Assembly (NCBI GenBank): GCA_963820525.1
Contig: CAWGAA010000001.1
Location: 1,536,001-1,600,000 of the forward strand
DNA: 64,000 nt
Origin: an uncultured Spirochaetota bacterium
GTDB lineage: Bacteria; Spirochaetota; Spirochaetia; SZUA-6; Fen-1364
Direction of reading: 5' to 3'
Numbering within the stretch: the stretch's first letter is position 1; each line of letters begins with the position of its first letter. The notes beneath the pieces were generated by a model. The model ran no database searches. It was not told the origin of the DNA and saw only the letters and a program-made list of their open reading frames with translations. The translations under genes and the position numbers were made by a program. Shown here one piece after another: positions 6,702 through 16,767 of the stretch.

Positions 6702-8435
6702 ATGGATAACAGCGAGATCGCCGCCATTCTCCATGAAATCTCGGTGTTCAGCGATCTTTCCGGAGAAAACCCCTTCAAGTCCCGCGCTTTCGACGCCGCG
6801 TCCCGCGCCATTGATCAACATCCCGAGCCCGTGTCCGAGCTTGCCGCCCAGGGGCGTCTTCGGGAAGTCAAGGGCATCGGAAAGAGCATCGAGGAGACCA
6901 TCCTCGACATCGTGGCCCACGGCAGCTCCAAGCTCCTCTTCGAGATGAAGAACAAGTTCCCCCCGCAGATCACGGATCTGCTCTCCCTCTCGGGCATGGG
7001 ACCCAAAAGGGTCAAGGCCGTCTACGAGAAGCTCGGCGTCTCCACCATCGGAGAGCTGGAATACGCATGCCGGGAGAACCGCCTGGCCGTCCTGGAAGGC
7101 TTTGGCGAGAAGTCCCAGGCAAACATCCTTCGCGCCATCGAGTTCCAAAAGACCACCCAGGAGAGCCGCCTTTTCTCGGAGGCGCTCGCCATCGGGGAAG
7201 AGCTTGCGCGCCTGGCCGCCGAGTCCTCGCTTTTCCAGAGCGTCGACATTGCCGGAAGCCTTCGCAGGGGAAAGGCGGTTTTCAAGGACATCGACCTCCT
7301 GCTCGTGCCGAAGAAGGGAAAGACGATCGAGCAGGTGCAGAAGCTCCTCCTCTCATTCGCGGACACCGAACCGGCGGGGTCCGGAGTGATCGGCGCCGGA
7401 GAGACGAAGGTCTCCATCAGGAGGCAGGGGCTCCAGGTCGATTTTCGCATCGTGCCCGCCGCCTCGTATCCCGCCGCGCTCCAGCACTTCACGGGCTCCA
7501 AGGAGCACAATACCCACCTCCGCTCCCGCGCCAAGCTCATGGGGATGAAGATGAGCGAGTGGGGGGTCTACAAGGGCGAGAAAGCTCTGGATGTGAAGGA
7601 CGAGCGCGCCGTATACGAGGCGGTGGGCCTTTCATGGATCCCCCCCGAGATCCGCGAGGCAGACGGCGAGATCGAGGCCGCGGAGAGCGGGAAGCTTCCC
7701 GTCCTCGTGGAGGCGAAGGACTTGCGGGGCATGATCCACGTCCATTCCCGCGCATCGGACGGGGTCCGCTCGATCGGGGAGCTGGCCTTGGAATGCAGAA
7801 AGCGGGGATACTCCTACCTCTGCCTCTCGGATCACTCGCGGACGGCGGCGTACGCCGGCGGACTTTCCATCGAGCGGCTTCGCGAGCAGATATCAGAGGT
7901 GAAGAAGCTCAACAAGGAGCTCTCGCCCTTCCGCATATTCTGCGGCATCGAGAGCGACATCCTCTCCGACGGGAGTCTCGACTACCCGGATGAGGTGCTC
8001 TCCCAGCTCGATTTCGTGATCGGCTCCATCCACTTCAAGCTCTCCATGGACAGGGAGACCGCCACCGAACGGCTTTTGGCGGCGATCGTAAACCCCCGCC
8101 TCACGATACTGGGGCATGTAAGCGGCAGGCTGCTTCTCTCGCGCGAGGGCTACCCCTACGACGAGGAGAAGCTCCTCGACGCGATGGCGGCCAAAGGTGT
8201 GGTTCTCGAGCACAACTCGAACCCGCACCGCCTCGATCCTGACTGGGGAATGCTGAAAAGGGCGGCGCGGAAGGGGGTTCGGATCTCGATAAACCCCGAC
8301 GCGCACGACCTGGATGGATTCGACGACATGAGCTACGGCATCATCATGGCCAGGAAAGCGTGGCTGACGAAGAAAGACGTCCTGAACTGCATGAGCGTGG
8401 AGGAGATCGATGAGTTCTTCCGGAAAAGACGATAA
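6702..8435 (+). CDS. polX: DNA polymerase X family with PHP domain
   Basis: HhH repeats, GSLRR..DID, HFTGS, PHP HVHS/SDHS/NPDAH. Confidence 0.95.
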   Translation: MDNSEIAAILHEISVFSDLSGENPFKSRAFDAASRAIDQHPEPVSELAAQGRLREVKGIGKSIEETILDIVAHGSSKLLFEMKNKFPPQITDLLSLSGMGPKRVKAVYEKLGVSTIGELEYACRENRLAVLEGFGEKSQANILRAIEFQKTTQESRLFSEALAIGEELARLAAESSLFQSVDIAGSLRRGKAVFKDIDLLLVPKKGKTIEQVQKLLLSFADTEPAGSGVIGAGETKVSIRRQGLQVDFRIVPAASYPAALQHFTGSKEHNTHLRSRAKLMGMKMSEWGVYKGEKALDVKDERAVYEAVGLSWIPPEIREADGEIEAAESGKLPVLVEAKDLRGMIHVHSRASDGVRSIGELALECRKRGYSYLCLSDHSRTAAYAGGLSIERLREQISEVKKLNKELSPFRIFCGIESDILSDGSLDYPDEVLSQLDFVIGSIHFKLSMDRETATERLLAAIVNPRLTILGHVSGRLLLSREGYPYDEEKLLDAMAAKGVVLEHNSNPHRLDPDWGMLKRAARKGVRISINPDAHDLDGFDDMSYGIIMARKAWLTKKDVLNCMSVEEIDEFFRKRR

Positions 8436-9192
8436 GAAAAAGATCCAGGCGGGCGGCCCACGGCGGCAGGGCAAGAAGGCTTCGGCGGCCCAAAAGCGCC
8501 CGGCAGCCTCCACGGCGGCCCCGGCGGGGTTTGCGGACATCCGGGAGGCGCCGGCGGAGCGCGCCAGGCGGGCGCGGGAGATCGCGCGGATTCTCGCCGC
8601 CCAGTATCCCGATGCCCGCTGCATGCTCGACTACCAGAACCCCTACCAGCTTCTCATCGCGACGATTCTCGCCGCGCAGTGCACCGATGAACGCGTCAAT
8701 ATGGTGACTCCAGCTCTGTTCCGGCGCTACCCCGACCCCGAAAAGATGGCCGGCGCTTCGATCGAGGAGCTGGAAGCCCTGGTGCGGTCGACGGGATTCT
8801 TCCACAGCAAGGCGAAGAGCATCCAGGGCGCATCCGAGGCCATTGCCCGGCGTTTCAAAGGGGAGCTGCCCCGCACCATGGAGGGGTTTCTCGAGCTTCC
8901 CGGCGTGGGAAGGAAGACGGCGAACGTCGTTCTGGGAAACTGCTACGGGGTTCCCTCGATTGTCGTGGACACCCACGTGCGCCGCGTCGTTCAGAGGCTG
9001 GGATTGGCAGACACCGACAACCCTGACGCGATCGAAGAGCAGCTTCAGCCCCTCATTCAGCGAGATGAGTGGACGGCGTTCTCGCATGCCGTCACCTTCC
9101 ACGGCAGACGATGCTGCATGGCGAAAAAGCCGAACTGCCCCGGCTGCCCAGTGGAACGCCTCTGCCCCTGGACGCTCAAGACGGTCCGGTGA
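8410..9192 (+). CDS. nth: Endonuclease III
   Basis: LLIATILAAQCTD, LPGVGRKTAN, VDTHV, C-X6-C-X2-C-X5-C cluster. Confidence 0.95.
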   Translation: MSSSGKDDKKKIQAGGPRRQGKKASAAQKRPAASTAAPAGFADIREAPAERARRAREIARILAAQYPDARCMLDYQNPYQLLIATILAAQCTDERVNMVTPALFRRYPDPEKMAGASIEELEALVRSTGFFHSKAKSIQGASEAIARRFKGELPRTMEGFLELPGVGRKTANVVLGNCYGVPSIVVDTHVRRVVQRLGLADTDNPDAIEEQLQPLIQRDEWTAFSHAVTFHGRRCCMAKKPNCPGCPVERLCPWTLKTVR

Positions 9193-9201
9193 GAGGGCCG
9201 G

Positions 9202-9507
9202 ATGCCGAATATTCTGATCCGCGGAAGCGGGGAAGTCATCGAGACGGGCCTTCTCACCTCGCTGCTCAATGCCCTGCTTTCAAAGGGCTTTCCCATAGAA
9301 ACCCTCTGCGGCGGGAAGGCCGAGTGCGGCAAGTGCTTGATCAGGGTCCATTCCGGGGCGGGGTTCTTGAGCCCTCTTCGTGACAGGGAGAAGCGGAGAC
9401 TGGAAACCCTGGGCGCGGGCGCCGACATGCGTCTGGCCTGCCAGTGTTATACGAGGGGCGACATCGAGATCGAGGTGATCAACCGCCGCAAACGGGCTGA
9501 AACATAG
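9202..9507 (+). CDS. 2Fe-2S ferredoxin-like protein
   Basis: CGGKAECGKC...RLACQ. Confidence 0.9.
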   Translation: MPNILIRGSGEVIETGLLTSLLNALLSKGFPIETLCGGKAECGKCLIRVHSGAGFLSPLRDREKRRLETLGAGADMRLACQCYTRGDIEIEVINRRKRAET

Positions 9508-9577
9508 GCCCGCGGAACGCCGCGGGGAGCCTTCCCATGCTTTGATTTCCCCCCCTCCTGTGATATACTTGGCTTGG

Positions 9578-11419
9578 ATGACTCGAAAGGTTGCCTGGGC
9601 CAGCGCCATAGGATTATTCATTATCCTCCTCTTCGCCTGCGGCAATGACTCGTTTCTCCTGCCGTTGAGCAAGGAGGCAACGGACCTCGAGATTCGAAGC
9701 CTCACCGACGGCCAGATCCTCTTCCCCGGAGACGGCGTGCCCGTGGAAATAGCGGCTGCCAACAACCAGAAGGCCAAGGATCTGGAGTTGGAAGCCGTGG
9801 TCTATTCTCCGGCCGGAGAAAAGGTGTGGTCCTCCGAGCGGCTTTCCGTCCCGACGCTCAATGAGCCCCTGACGCCGCTCCAGCTTCCGGATCTGGCAAC
9901 GGGCCAATACAAGCTGGAATTGACTCTCTTCTCCTCGGGAGACGAGGTCCAGAAGAAGACGGTCACTTTCTTCAATTCGAAGGCACGGCTGCGCATCGCG
10001 GGGATCAAATCGTTCCCTGCCGTCATAACAACGGCATCGCCGGTGCTCCTCAGGGCCGAGCTCGACGCCCCGGCAGACTCGGATCCCTATCTCCGCTGGT
10101 CCTGGAAGGGGAAGGCCATCGCCAATGGAACAGCCGGCAAGGGATACGGGGAAGTGCTCTGGACGGCTCCGGCGGAAGAGGGGGTCTATACCATCACCCT
10201 GGAGGTGTTCCCGGCGGCGCCGGCAGCGCAGGACAAGCCGTTGAGCTCTTCGCTCACCATGTCCACGGACATCTACGTATCCGCCGTGAAGAAGGCGGCC
10301 CCCACCGAGCTGGGCCCGGAGAGCTCGTACTTCGCCCTGTACCACTTTCAGGCGAACCTCAAGGATTCCGCCACCACGGGCGCCGGCGCGGACGCCACCC
10401 TCATTGGGACTCCGCACATCGTACCCACGGAAGACGGCTTCGGCTACTCGTTATCAGCCGGAGATGGAATCCTGATTCCGCGGCTCGTCCTGCCCGCCGA
10501 ATCGGGCACCCCGAAGCCGTTCACCGTGAACATGGTCATGCGCCTCGAATCGGCTCCCCCGCCGCAGTCGCGCCTCCTTTCGATAAGGTCCGGGGACGGG
10601 GGATTCGCGTTCGACATCTCCATTTCCGGAGACTCGCTCTCGCCGGAGCTCACCCTCTCCACGAAAGGCTCGCAGGATTTCAGGGTGCCCTCGAATGCCC
10701 ACATGCAGAAGGACCAGAGGCATCTTCTCTCCATCTCCCTGATACCGCGGGAGGGCGGCAGCTTCACCGTCCAATGGTTCCTCGATGGCGAGCAGACCAA
10801 TTCCGTCGAGTCCCCTTCTCCGCTCGCCACGCTCAGCCCGGGAAAAACGGTCATTGGCGGCGAGAACGGTTTCGCGGGCATCATCGACGAGTTCGGCGTC
10901 TTCTATCGCGACGAGAACGGGGCCCCCTCCACGGATCCCGGCCTCTTCAACCGCGCGGCCCTCGAGAAGTACAAGGACGCCCTGGTGCTCGCAGAAGGTT
11001 TCGACGGCCTTTCGCTTCCGTCGGGCTTCACGATGAGCGGGACGGGTTCCCTCGACCTGGGGCTGGTGAGCCTGCCCAAAGAGGCCGCTCTGAAGCTTCC
11101 GCCGATTCCTCTCGGGGATGAGGGCGTGGACACCCGTTTCGAGCTTACCCCGGGCTCCTCCCAGGCGGCGGTCTTGAGCCTGTCGTGGGAGGGGCAGGAG
11201 GCGCCATTCCTGAGCGCTGCCATCGCGGCGAAGGCCGGCGTATTGCAGTTTTCCCTCACGGGGGAGAAAGTCACCTTCGCCGGCCCCGACGGCCTGAAAA
11301 CGGCGAAGGCAGGCGCGCACGCCAAGGATGCGAAGCTGGCAGTCCTCATTTCGGCGCCCGCAGATGCCAGGTCTGCCGTGATCGTGGACAGCGTCCTGAT
11401 TATCCAGAAGAAAGAGTAG
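9578..11419 (+). CDS. Putative lipoprotein with LamG/ConA-like domain
   Basis: Signal peptide with LLFAC lipobox; beta-rich, FAGIIDEF LamG-like motif. Confidence 0.65.
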   Translation: MTRKVAWASAIGLFIILLFACGNDSFLLPLSKEATDLEIRSLTDGQILFPGDGVPVEIAAANNQKAKDLELEAVVYSPAGEKVWSSERLSVPTLNEPLTPLQLPDLATGQYKLELTLFSSGDEVQKKTVTFFNSKARLRIAGIKSFPAVITTASPVLLRAELDAPADSDPYLRWSWKGKAIANGTAGKGYGEVLWTAPAEEGVYTITLEVFPAAPAAQDKPLSSSLTMSTDIYVSAVKKAAPTELGPESSYFALYHFQANLKDSATTGAGADATLIGTPHIVPTEDGFGYSLSAGDGILIPRLVLPAESGTPKPFTVNMVMRLESAPPPQSRLLSIRSGDGGFAFDISISGDSLSPELTLSTKGSQDFRVPSNAHMQKDQRHLLSISLIPREGGSFTVQWFLDGEQTNSVESPSPLATLSPGKTVIGGENGFAGIIDEFGVFYRDENGAPSTDPGLFNRAALEKYKDALVLAEGFDGLSLPSGFTMSGTGSLDLGLVSLPKEAALKLPPIPLGDEGVDTRFELTPGSSQAAVLSLSWEGQEAPFLSAAIAAKAGVLQFSLTGEKVTFAGPDGLKTAKAGAHAKDAKLAVLISAPADARSAVIVDSVLIIQKKE

Positions 11420-11463
11420 CCTAAAAAGAAGCGGGCCCGAACGCCCGGTCCCCCCTGAAGCGA

Positions 11464-12339
11464 TCAGTGGATGAGCCTTCGAAGAAGGGCGTCCTTCTTG
11501 CGCCAGTCCTTGTCCACCTTTACACGGATATCCAGGCGCACGGTGTAGGGGAAAAGCTCCGCGAGCTCCGCCTCGGATTCCCGCACGATCCGCTTGATCT
11601 TCTCCCCCCCCTTGCCCACGAGGATGCCCTTCTGGGATTCCCGCTCAACCAGGATGAATCCCCGGGCCCAGAGGCTCCTGCCCTCGTCGCGCATCTCCAG
11701 GTCCTCCAGCTTCACGTAGAGGGCGTGAGGCACCTCGTCGCGGGTGAGGTTGATCGCCTTCTCCCGGATGATCTCCGAGATCCTGAAATCGGGGGGCTGG
11801 TCCGTGTAGTATTCCTCGGGATAGAGAAGCTCGCCTTCCGGCGCCAAGGAGAGGAGCTTCTCGATCAATGCCTCCACCCCGTCGCCCTTGAGGCCGGAGA
11901 TCTCCAGGAGCGCGGCGCCGGGCAGTCCCTTTTCCAGCATCCGCCGCTGCTCTTCCCAGGAAGCACCCGCGGAATCCTTCTTGTTGAGCGCGACGACGGC
12001 GGGCTTGGAAAGCGGAGCCAGCTTGTCGATCAGCGCCTGCTCCTCCTCCCCGAAGCTTCTCGTGCCGTCAACCACGGAAAGAAGGATGTCCGCTTCCGAG
12101 GCAGCGGAGGAGACGAGGTCCATGAGGTAGCGATTCAGCTTCTTTTCGGAGAGGTGGAAGCCGGGGGTATCGATGAAGACCAGCTGCCCGGCCGGCCGGG
12201 TCACTATGGCGCGCACGCGGTTGCGCGTTGTCTGGGGTGTGGCCGAGACGATGGACACCTTGGCGCCGCACATCGAGTTGAGGAGCGTCGACTTGCCGGA
12301 GGAAGGCCGCCCGAGAACGGCCACGGTGGCGACTTTCAT
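11464..12339 (-). CDS. era: GTPase Era
   Basis: GRPSSGKS, PQTTR, DTPG, NKKD, KH domain. Confidence 0.96.
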   Translation of the reverse strand: MKVATVAVLGRPSSGKSTLLNSMCGAKVSIVSATPQTTRNRVRAIVTRPAGQLVFIDTPGFHLSEKKLNRYLMDLVSSAASEADILLSVVDGTRSFGEEEQALIDKLAPLSKPAVVALNKKDSAGASWEEQRRMLEKGLPGAALLEISGLKGDGVEALIEKLLSLAPEGELLYPEEYYTDQPPDFRISEIIREKAINLTRDEVPHALYVKLEDLEMRDEGRSLWARGFILVERESQKGILVGKGGEKIKRIVRESEAELAELFPYTVRLDIRVKVDKDWRKKDALLRRLIH

Positions 12340-12341
12340 CG

Positions 12342-13892
12342 CTATCCGGGAAAGACCCTTCGAATCCCGTCGAACTCGTCGGCTACGGACTCGAAAATAT
12401 CGAGGAGAATGGGATCGAATTGCGCCGTTGAGTTGCGCAGGATCTCCTCCACCGCCTTCTCGTGCCCCCAGGCCTCTTTGTAGGGCCGCTTGGTCGTGAG
12501 GGCATCGTAGACGTCGGCGAGGGCGGAAATCCGCGCGCTCAGGGGAATCCTCTCACCCTCCAGCCCCGAGGGATACCCCGATCCGTCATAGCGCTCGTGA
12601 TGGGACAGGGCGATTGTCGATGCGAGCGTGAGAAACGATTGCTCTCCCAGCTCCTTGTCGGCCCGATGGAGGATGTCCCACCCCGCCGTGGTGTGCCGCT
12701 TCATGATCTCCCACTCCACCCCGTCGAGCCTTCCCGGCTTCAGGAGGATGCTGTCAGGGATGCTCACCTTGCCGATGTCGTGAAGCATGCTGGACAGTGA
12801 GATGTCCGTGGGATACGTGGCGGTCAGGTGGAAGGAGTAGGGCTTGTTCTCATAGACCTGCTGCGCGATGATCCGCGTATACTCGCACATCCTCTGCAGG
12901 TGGAAGCCCGTCTCCTGGTCGCGATATTCGGCAAGGCGGGCCAGCGCCCGGATGGAGGTGACCTGGGTCCGCTGGAGGGTCTGGGAAGCCGCGATGATCC
13001 TGTCGTTGAGGAGCTCCTGGATCTCCAGGGCGTCCTTCAGCTCCTTGTTTGCGGCGAGGAACCCCGTGACGTCGAAGAAGATCCCGAAAACGAATGCCCC
13101 CACCGTCACGGCGGAGTCCTGGATCTCCAGCCTCCGGCCGTTGCCCGAGCGCACGCCGAGGGCAAAGGAGCTCACCTTGCCGTGGATCTTCAGGAGGTTG
13201 AGCTCCGCGGCCCTGCTCTGAGGCTCCAGGAAGAAATCGGGCCTCAGGCGAAGCTCGTTCACCGAGCCGTACCCCACCAGGCGAAGGAATGCGGGACTGG
13301 CGTAGATGAGCGTGCCGCTGGAGTTGCTCATATAGAGGGGGAGATCGAGGCCTTCGGTGATCAGGTCGAAGCCGGGGTTCACGGCGCCGGTTCCCGAGCT
13401 GATCTTTCTGTCCACCAGGAGGCTGATGAAAGCCCGCTCCCGCTCCAACTGCTCCTGCAGGGATGATCTTTCAAGGATGCATCTGAGGAACATCGCCCCC
13501 AGAGAGATCTCCAGCTCATGGGAAGCCGCTGCCCCGGCCGCATCGTCCCCCCGGAGCAGCATTGCGCTGACGGGCATCCCCTTCTCGATCCAAACGGGAT
13601 GGAAATATGCATGCTCGGCCGCCCCGCCATCGGGCCGGGAAACGGTCAGGGAGGAGGGACAGGCGAGGGCCTGAGGCGGAGCATCGAGATGCACGAATCC
13701 GGCTTCAGCCAGGGCTGCGAATGTCCCAAACCCCGCGAGAACGCCGGGTTTCTCAGTGCCGGGTCTCAAATCGATGAACGCTGCGCCGTCGACGTTCAGG
13801 CGGGAGGCGATCCAGCGCAGCACGGAGGCAATCCTCGAGGGACGGTCTCCGTCACCATCAACGACTTTCACGAGTTGAATGAGTTCTTCCAA
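12342..13892 (-). CDS. PAS + HD-GYP phosphodiesterase
   Basis: HDIGK, HHERYDGSGYP, ADVYDAL..RPYK; TTG start. Confidence 0.9.
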   Translation of the reverse strand: MEELIQLVKVVDGDGDRPSRIASVLRWIASRLNVDGAAFIDLRPGTEKPGVLAGFGTFAALAEAGFVHLDAPPQALACPSSLTVSRPDGGAAEHAYFHPVWIEKGMPVSAMLLRGDDAAGAAASHELEISLGAMFLRCILERSSLQEQLERERAFISLLVDRKISSGTGAVNPGFDLITEGLDLPLYMSNSSGTLIYASPAFLRLVGYGSVNELRLRPDFFLEPQSRAAELNLLKIHGKVSSFALGVRSGNGRRLEIQDSAVTVGAFVFGIFFDVTGFLAANKELKDALEIQELLNDRIIAASQTLQRTQVTSIRALARLAEYRDQETGFHLQRMCEYTRIIAQQVYENKPYSFHLTATYPTDISLSSMLHDIGKVSIPDSILLKPGRLDGVEWEIMKRHTTAGWDILHRADKELGEQSFLTLASTIALSHHERYDGSGYPSGLEGERIPLSARISALADVYDALTTKRPYKEAWGHEKAVEEILRNSTAQFDPILLDIFESVADEFDGIRRVFPG

Positions 13893-13995
13893 CGGCCCCG
13901 CCTTTATCCCTTAATATGCCAGCAAAAAAGAGAAATTTCCAGCTTTGGAGAAAAAACCATTCGATAATACCATCCGATACAGGCTGGGCCGATGG

Positions 13996-14859
13996 TCAGG
14001 TCTTCCAATACTTGCCGTAGAATATAGCCAGCTTTCTTTTTAAATCGTAAGGAACATACGAGCTGTCCGTCATGAAAGCGTTTGCGGCCGCATGCCGGCA
14101 TCCGCAGTCGTCTCTGCCCTTCAAGGCCGAGACCAAGTCGGGGAGCAGCCTCTGGATTGCCGCCGTATTGCCGCGCATCGTCGCCATTATCATGTCCACG
14201 GAAACGCTCTCCTCGCTTTCCCTCCAGCAATCGTAGTCTGTGACCATGGCCACGGTGGCATAGCACATCTCGGCTTCCCTGGCAAGCTTCGCTTCGGGAA
14301 GCGCCGTCATGCCGATGAGCTGGGCATTCCATGCGCGGTGAAGCTCGGATTCAGCCCGAGTGGAAAAAAGCGGCCCCTCCATGCATACGTACGTTCCCGA
14401 GCCATGAAAAGGGTGCCTGTGGCGAGCGAAGACACCCCCCATTGCCTCCCGCATTCTCGAACAGAACGGCTCGGCAAACGGCACATGCCCCACGAGGCCG
14501 GAGCCGAAGAAGCTCATTGCCCGCCTGCACGTCCTGTCCACGAGTTGGTCGCAGAGCACGAAGTCCCCCGGCTTTATTTCCTCTGTGAGCGATCCGACGG
14601 CGCTCACCGAGATGATCTGCTCCACCCCCAACGACTTCAAGGCCCAGATGTTCGCGGCCGAGGGGACCTCGGCCGGGAGGTAGCGGTGCCCTTTGCCGTG
14701 TCGGGGCAGGAAAGCGACGCGCTCGCCCGAGATCTCGGCAACCGCGATCACGTCCGAGGTCAAGCCGAAGGGCGTGGGCACTTCGATTTCCTCCAGAATC
14801 CTCATTCCTTCGATGGCGTACAACCCGCTGCCGCCGATCACCGCGATCGGTGTCTTCAT
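13996..14859 (-). CDS. mtnP: S-methyl-5'-thioadenosine phosphorylase
   Basis: IGGSG, PRHG, MEGP.FSTRAES, GMT, VTDYD. Confidence 0.93.
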   Translation of the reverse strand: MKTPIAVIGGSGLYAIEGMRILEEIEVPTPFGLTSDVIAVAEISGERVAFLPRHGKGHRYLPAEVPSAANIWALKSLGVEQIISVSAVGSLTEEIKPGDFVLCDQLVDRTCRRAMSFFGSGLVGHVPFAEPFCSRMREAMGGVFARHRHPFHGSGTYVCMEGPLFSTRAESELHRAWNAQLIGMTALPEAKLAREAEMCYATVAMVTDYDCWRESEESVSVDMIMATMRGNTAAIQRLLPDLVSALKGRDDCGCRHAAANAFMTDSSYVPYDLKRKLAIFYGKYWKT

Positions 14860-15000
14860 CCGCGTCCTCCCCTGGCTCAAAAGGTCTCTCCATTGTTTCC
14901 CTTTTTCCCACCTCGCGCAAGTGAGCCGGAGGGACTATACAAGCGATCCCCCTTCCGCGGTTTTTTTTTCACTCCGGCGGCCGTGAAAAAGAGTTTTCCA

Positions 15001-15028
15001 TTGACAACAGGGGAAAGGGATGTATAAT
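15001..15028 (+). promoter_or_regulatory. sigma70 promoter
   Basis: TTGACA-16 bp-TATAAT. Confidence 0.8.
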
Positions 15029-15034
15029 CAACAA

Positions 15035-15129
15035 GCTTTTTGGGAGTCTTCCGCCCCACAACCTCCAGCACCAAATGGAGGACGGAAGGTTGACGGGTGG
15101 CCGGGGTAGAGATACCCCGGCCTTTTTTT
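15035..15129 (+). ncRNA. Candidate small RNA (~95 nt)
   Basis: Bounded by a consensus promoter and an intrinsic terminator; internal hairpin cttccg/cggaag and cctcca/tggagg. Confidence 0.6.
15099..15129 (+). terminator. Rho-independent terminator
   Basis: ggccggggta-gaga-taccccggcc followed by T7. Confidence 0.9.
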
Positions 15130-15188
15130 CCAGCGCCCCGCCGCACTCATTGCCAAGCGGCGTGAAATTCTTTACTGTAGTGACTAGT

Positions 15189-15782
15189 ATGAACATGCAG
15201 GAAAAGCCGGCCGAACAGGAAATGATCCCCAGGATGGATGAGAGCGTTTTCTTCCAGAGAATGCTCAAATCGCGCAACGTCCTGCTTTCGGGAGATATCA
15301 ACAAGCCCCTGGCTGAAAGGGTCATCCGTCAGCTCATCCTCCTGGAAGAGGAGAGCTCTGATCCCATCCGGGTATTCATCGACTCTCCCGGCGGGGACGC
15401 GGACGCGGGCTACGCAATCTTCGACATGATGCGCTTCGTCAAACCGCCCATCTCCGTCATCGGAATGGGGTTGGTGGCGAGCGCCGCCGCCATAATCCTC
15501 CTTGCGGCTCCCAAGGACAAGCGTGTCGGCCTTCCCAACTCCCACTACCTCATCCATCAGCCCATGAGCGGGACGCGGGGCGTAGCCACGGAGATCGAGA
15601 TCCACGCCAAGGAGCTTGAAAAGCTTCGCCAGAAGATCAATCACCTCATCGCAGACGAGACGGGACAACCCATCGAAAAGGTTGAAAAAGACACGGACAG
15701 GGACTACTGGATGAACGCGGAGGAAGCCGTTTCCTACGGCCTTCTGGCCAGAATCATAAAGAAGAGGGACGAGCTCAAATAG
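15189..15782 (+). CDS. clpP: ATP-dependent Clp protease proteolytic subunit
   Basis: DSPGG, VASAA (Ser), IHQP (His), DRD (Asp). Confidence 0.95.
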   Translation: MNMQEKPAEQEMIPRMDESVFFQRMLKSRNVLLSGDINKPLAERVIRQLILLEEESSDPIRVFIDSPGGDADAGYAIFDMMRFVKPPISVIGMGLVASAAAIILLAAPKDKRVGLPNSHYLIHQPMSGTRGVATEIEIHAKELEKLRQKINHLIADETGQPIEKVEKDTDRDYWMNAEEAVSYGLLARIIKKRDELK

Positions 15783-16759
15783 TGGACAAAGGAGAACTTT
15801 TCTCCCTTATCCCGAAGAGCCTTCGAGAGATCTCGATTCCCGCCGCGGGCGTTGGCCTCTATCGAGGAAAGGTCCGGGACGTCGTGGATCTGGGCGATGA
15901 GCTTCTCATCGTCACCACGGACAGGATATCGGCGTTCGACAGGGTCCTGACAACCGTCCCCTGCAAGGGCGAGGTCCTCAACACCATCTCTTTGTTCTGG
16001 TTCGACAAGACCGCGGACATCGCCGCCAATCATATAATCGAGCAGGTCTCCGCAAGGTCCGTGCGAGCGCGCAAATGCTCAGTGGTTCCCATAGAGGTGG
16101 TCGTCCGCGGCTATCTCACCGGCTCCGCCTGGCGCGACTACAAGAAGGGAGGCGAGGTCTCGGGGATCCGCCTTCCCGCGGGCATGAAGGCGAACCAGAG
16201 ATTCGACACCCCCCTTCTCACCCCCTCCACCAAGGAGGAGAAAGGCCTGCACGACAGGCCCATCTCCCGCTCCGAGATCCTTTCATCCGGCATCCTCCCC
16301 GCCGGGACGTGGCAGCGCATCGAAGAGGCCTCCCTTGCCCTGTTTCAACGCGGATCCGAGATCGCGATGGCCAACGGCTTGATCCTGGTGGACACGAAGT
16401 ACGAGTTCGGCGAGCGCGATGGGAAGCTGTATCTCGTGGACGAAGTCCATACCCCGGACTCCAGCAGGTACTGGTACGCGGACACCTACCAGGAGCTGTT
16501 TCGGCGCCAAGAGAAACAGAGGGAGCTGGACAAGGAGTACCTCCGCCAGTGGCTTCTTGCTCGGGACTGGAAGGGAGACGGCAAGGCCCCGGAGATTCCC
16601 GATGAGGTGCGGGTGGAGACGGCGTGGAAGTACATCACGGCCTGGCAGACCATCACGGGCCGGGTATTCTCGCCCCAGGCGCTCGGAGAGAGGGAGGAAT
16701 CCTCTCTGATAGAGAGAATCTTCGCCTCGCGCCGGGGGGGCGGGCAGCCGAAGCCCTGA
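15782..16759 (+). CDS. purC: SAICAR synthetase
   Basis: GKVRD, DRISAFD, EVVVRGYLTGS, DTKYEFG, DEVHTPDSSRYW. Confidence 0.96.
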   Translation: MDKGELFSLIPKSLREISIPAAGVGLYRGKVRDVVDLGDELLIVTTDRISAFDRVLTTVPCKGEVLNTISLFWFDKTADIAANHIIEQVSARSVRARKCSVVPIEVVVRGYLTGSAWRDYKKGGEVSGIRLPAGMKANQRFDTPLLTPSTKEEKGLHDRPISRSEILSSGILPAGTWQRIEEASLALFQRGSEIAMANGLILVDTKYEFGERDGKLYLVDEVHTPDSSRYWYADTYQELFRRQEKQRELDKEYLRQWLLARDWKGDGKAPEIPDEVRVETAWKYITAWQTITGRVFSPQALGEREESSLIERIFASRRGGGQPKP

Positions 16760-16767
16760 GCTGTCCC

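Noticed and set aside
15035..15129. Purine, ZTP or PRPP riboswitch for purC
   Set aside because: Conserved aptamer motifs were not recognised, clpP intervenes, and clpP has its own candidate promoter.
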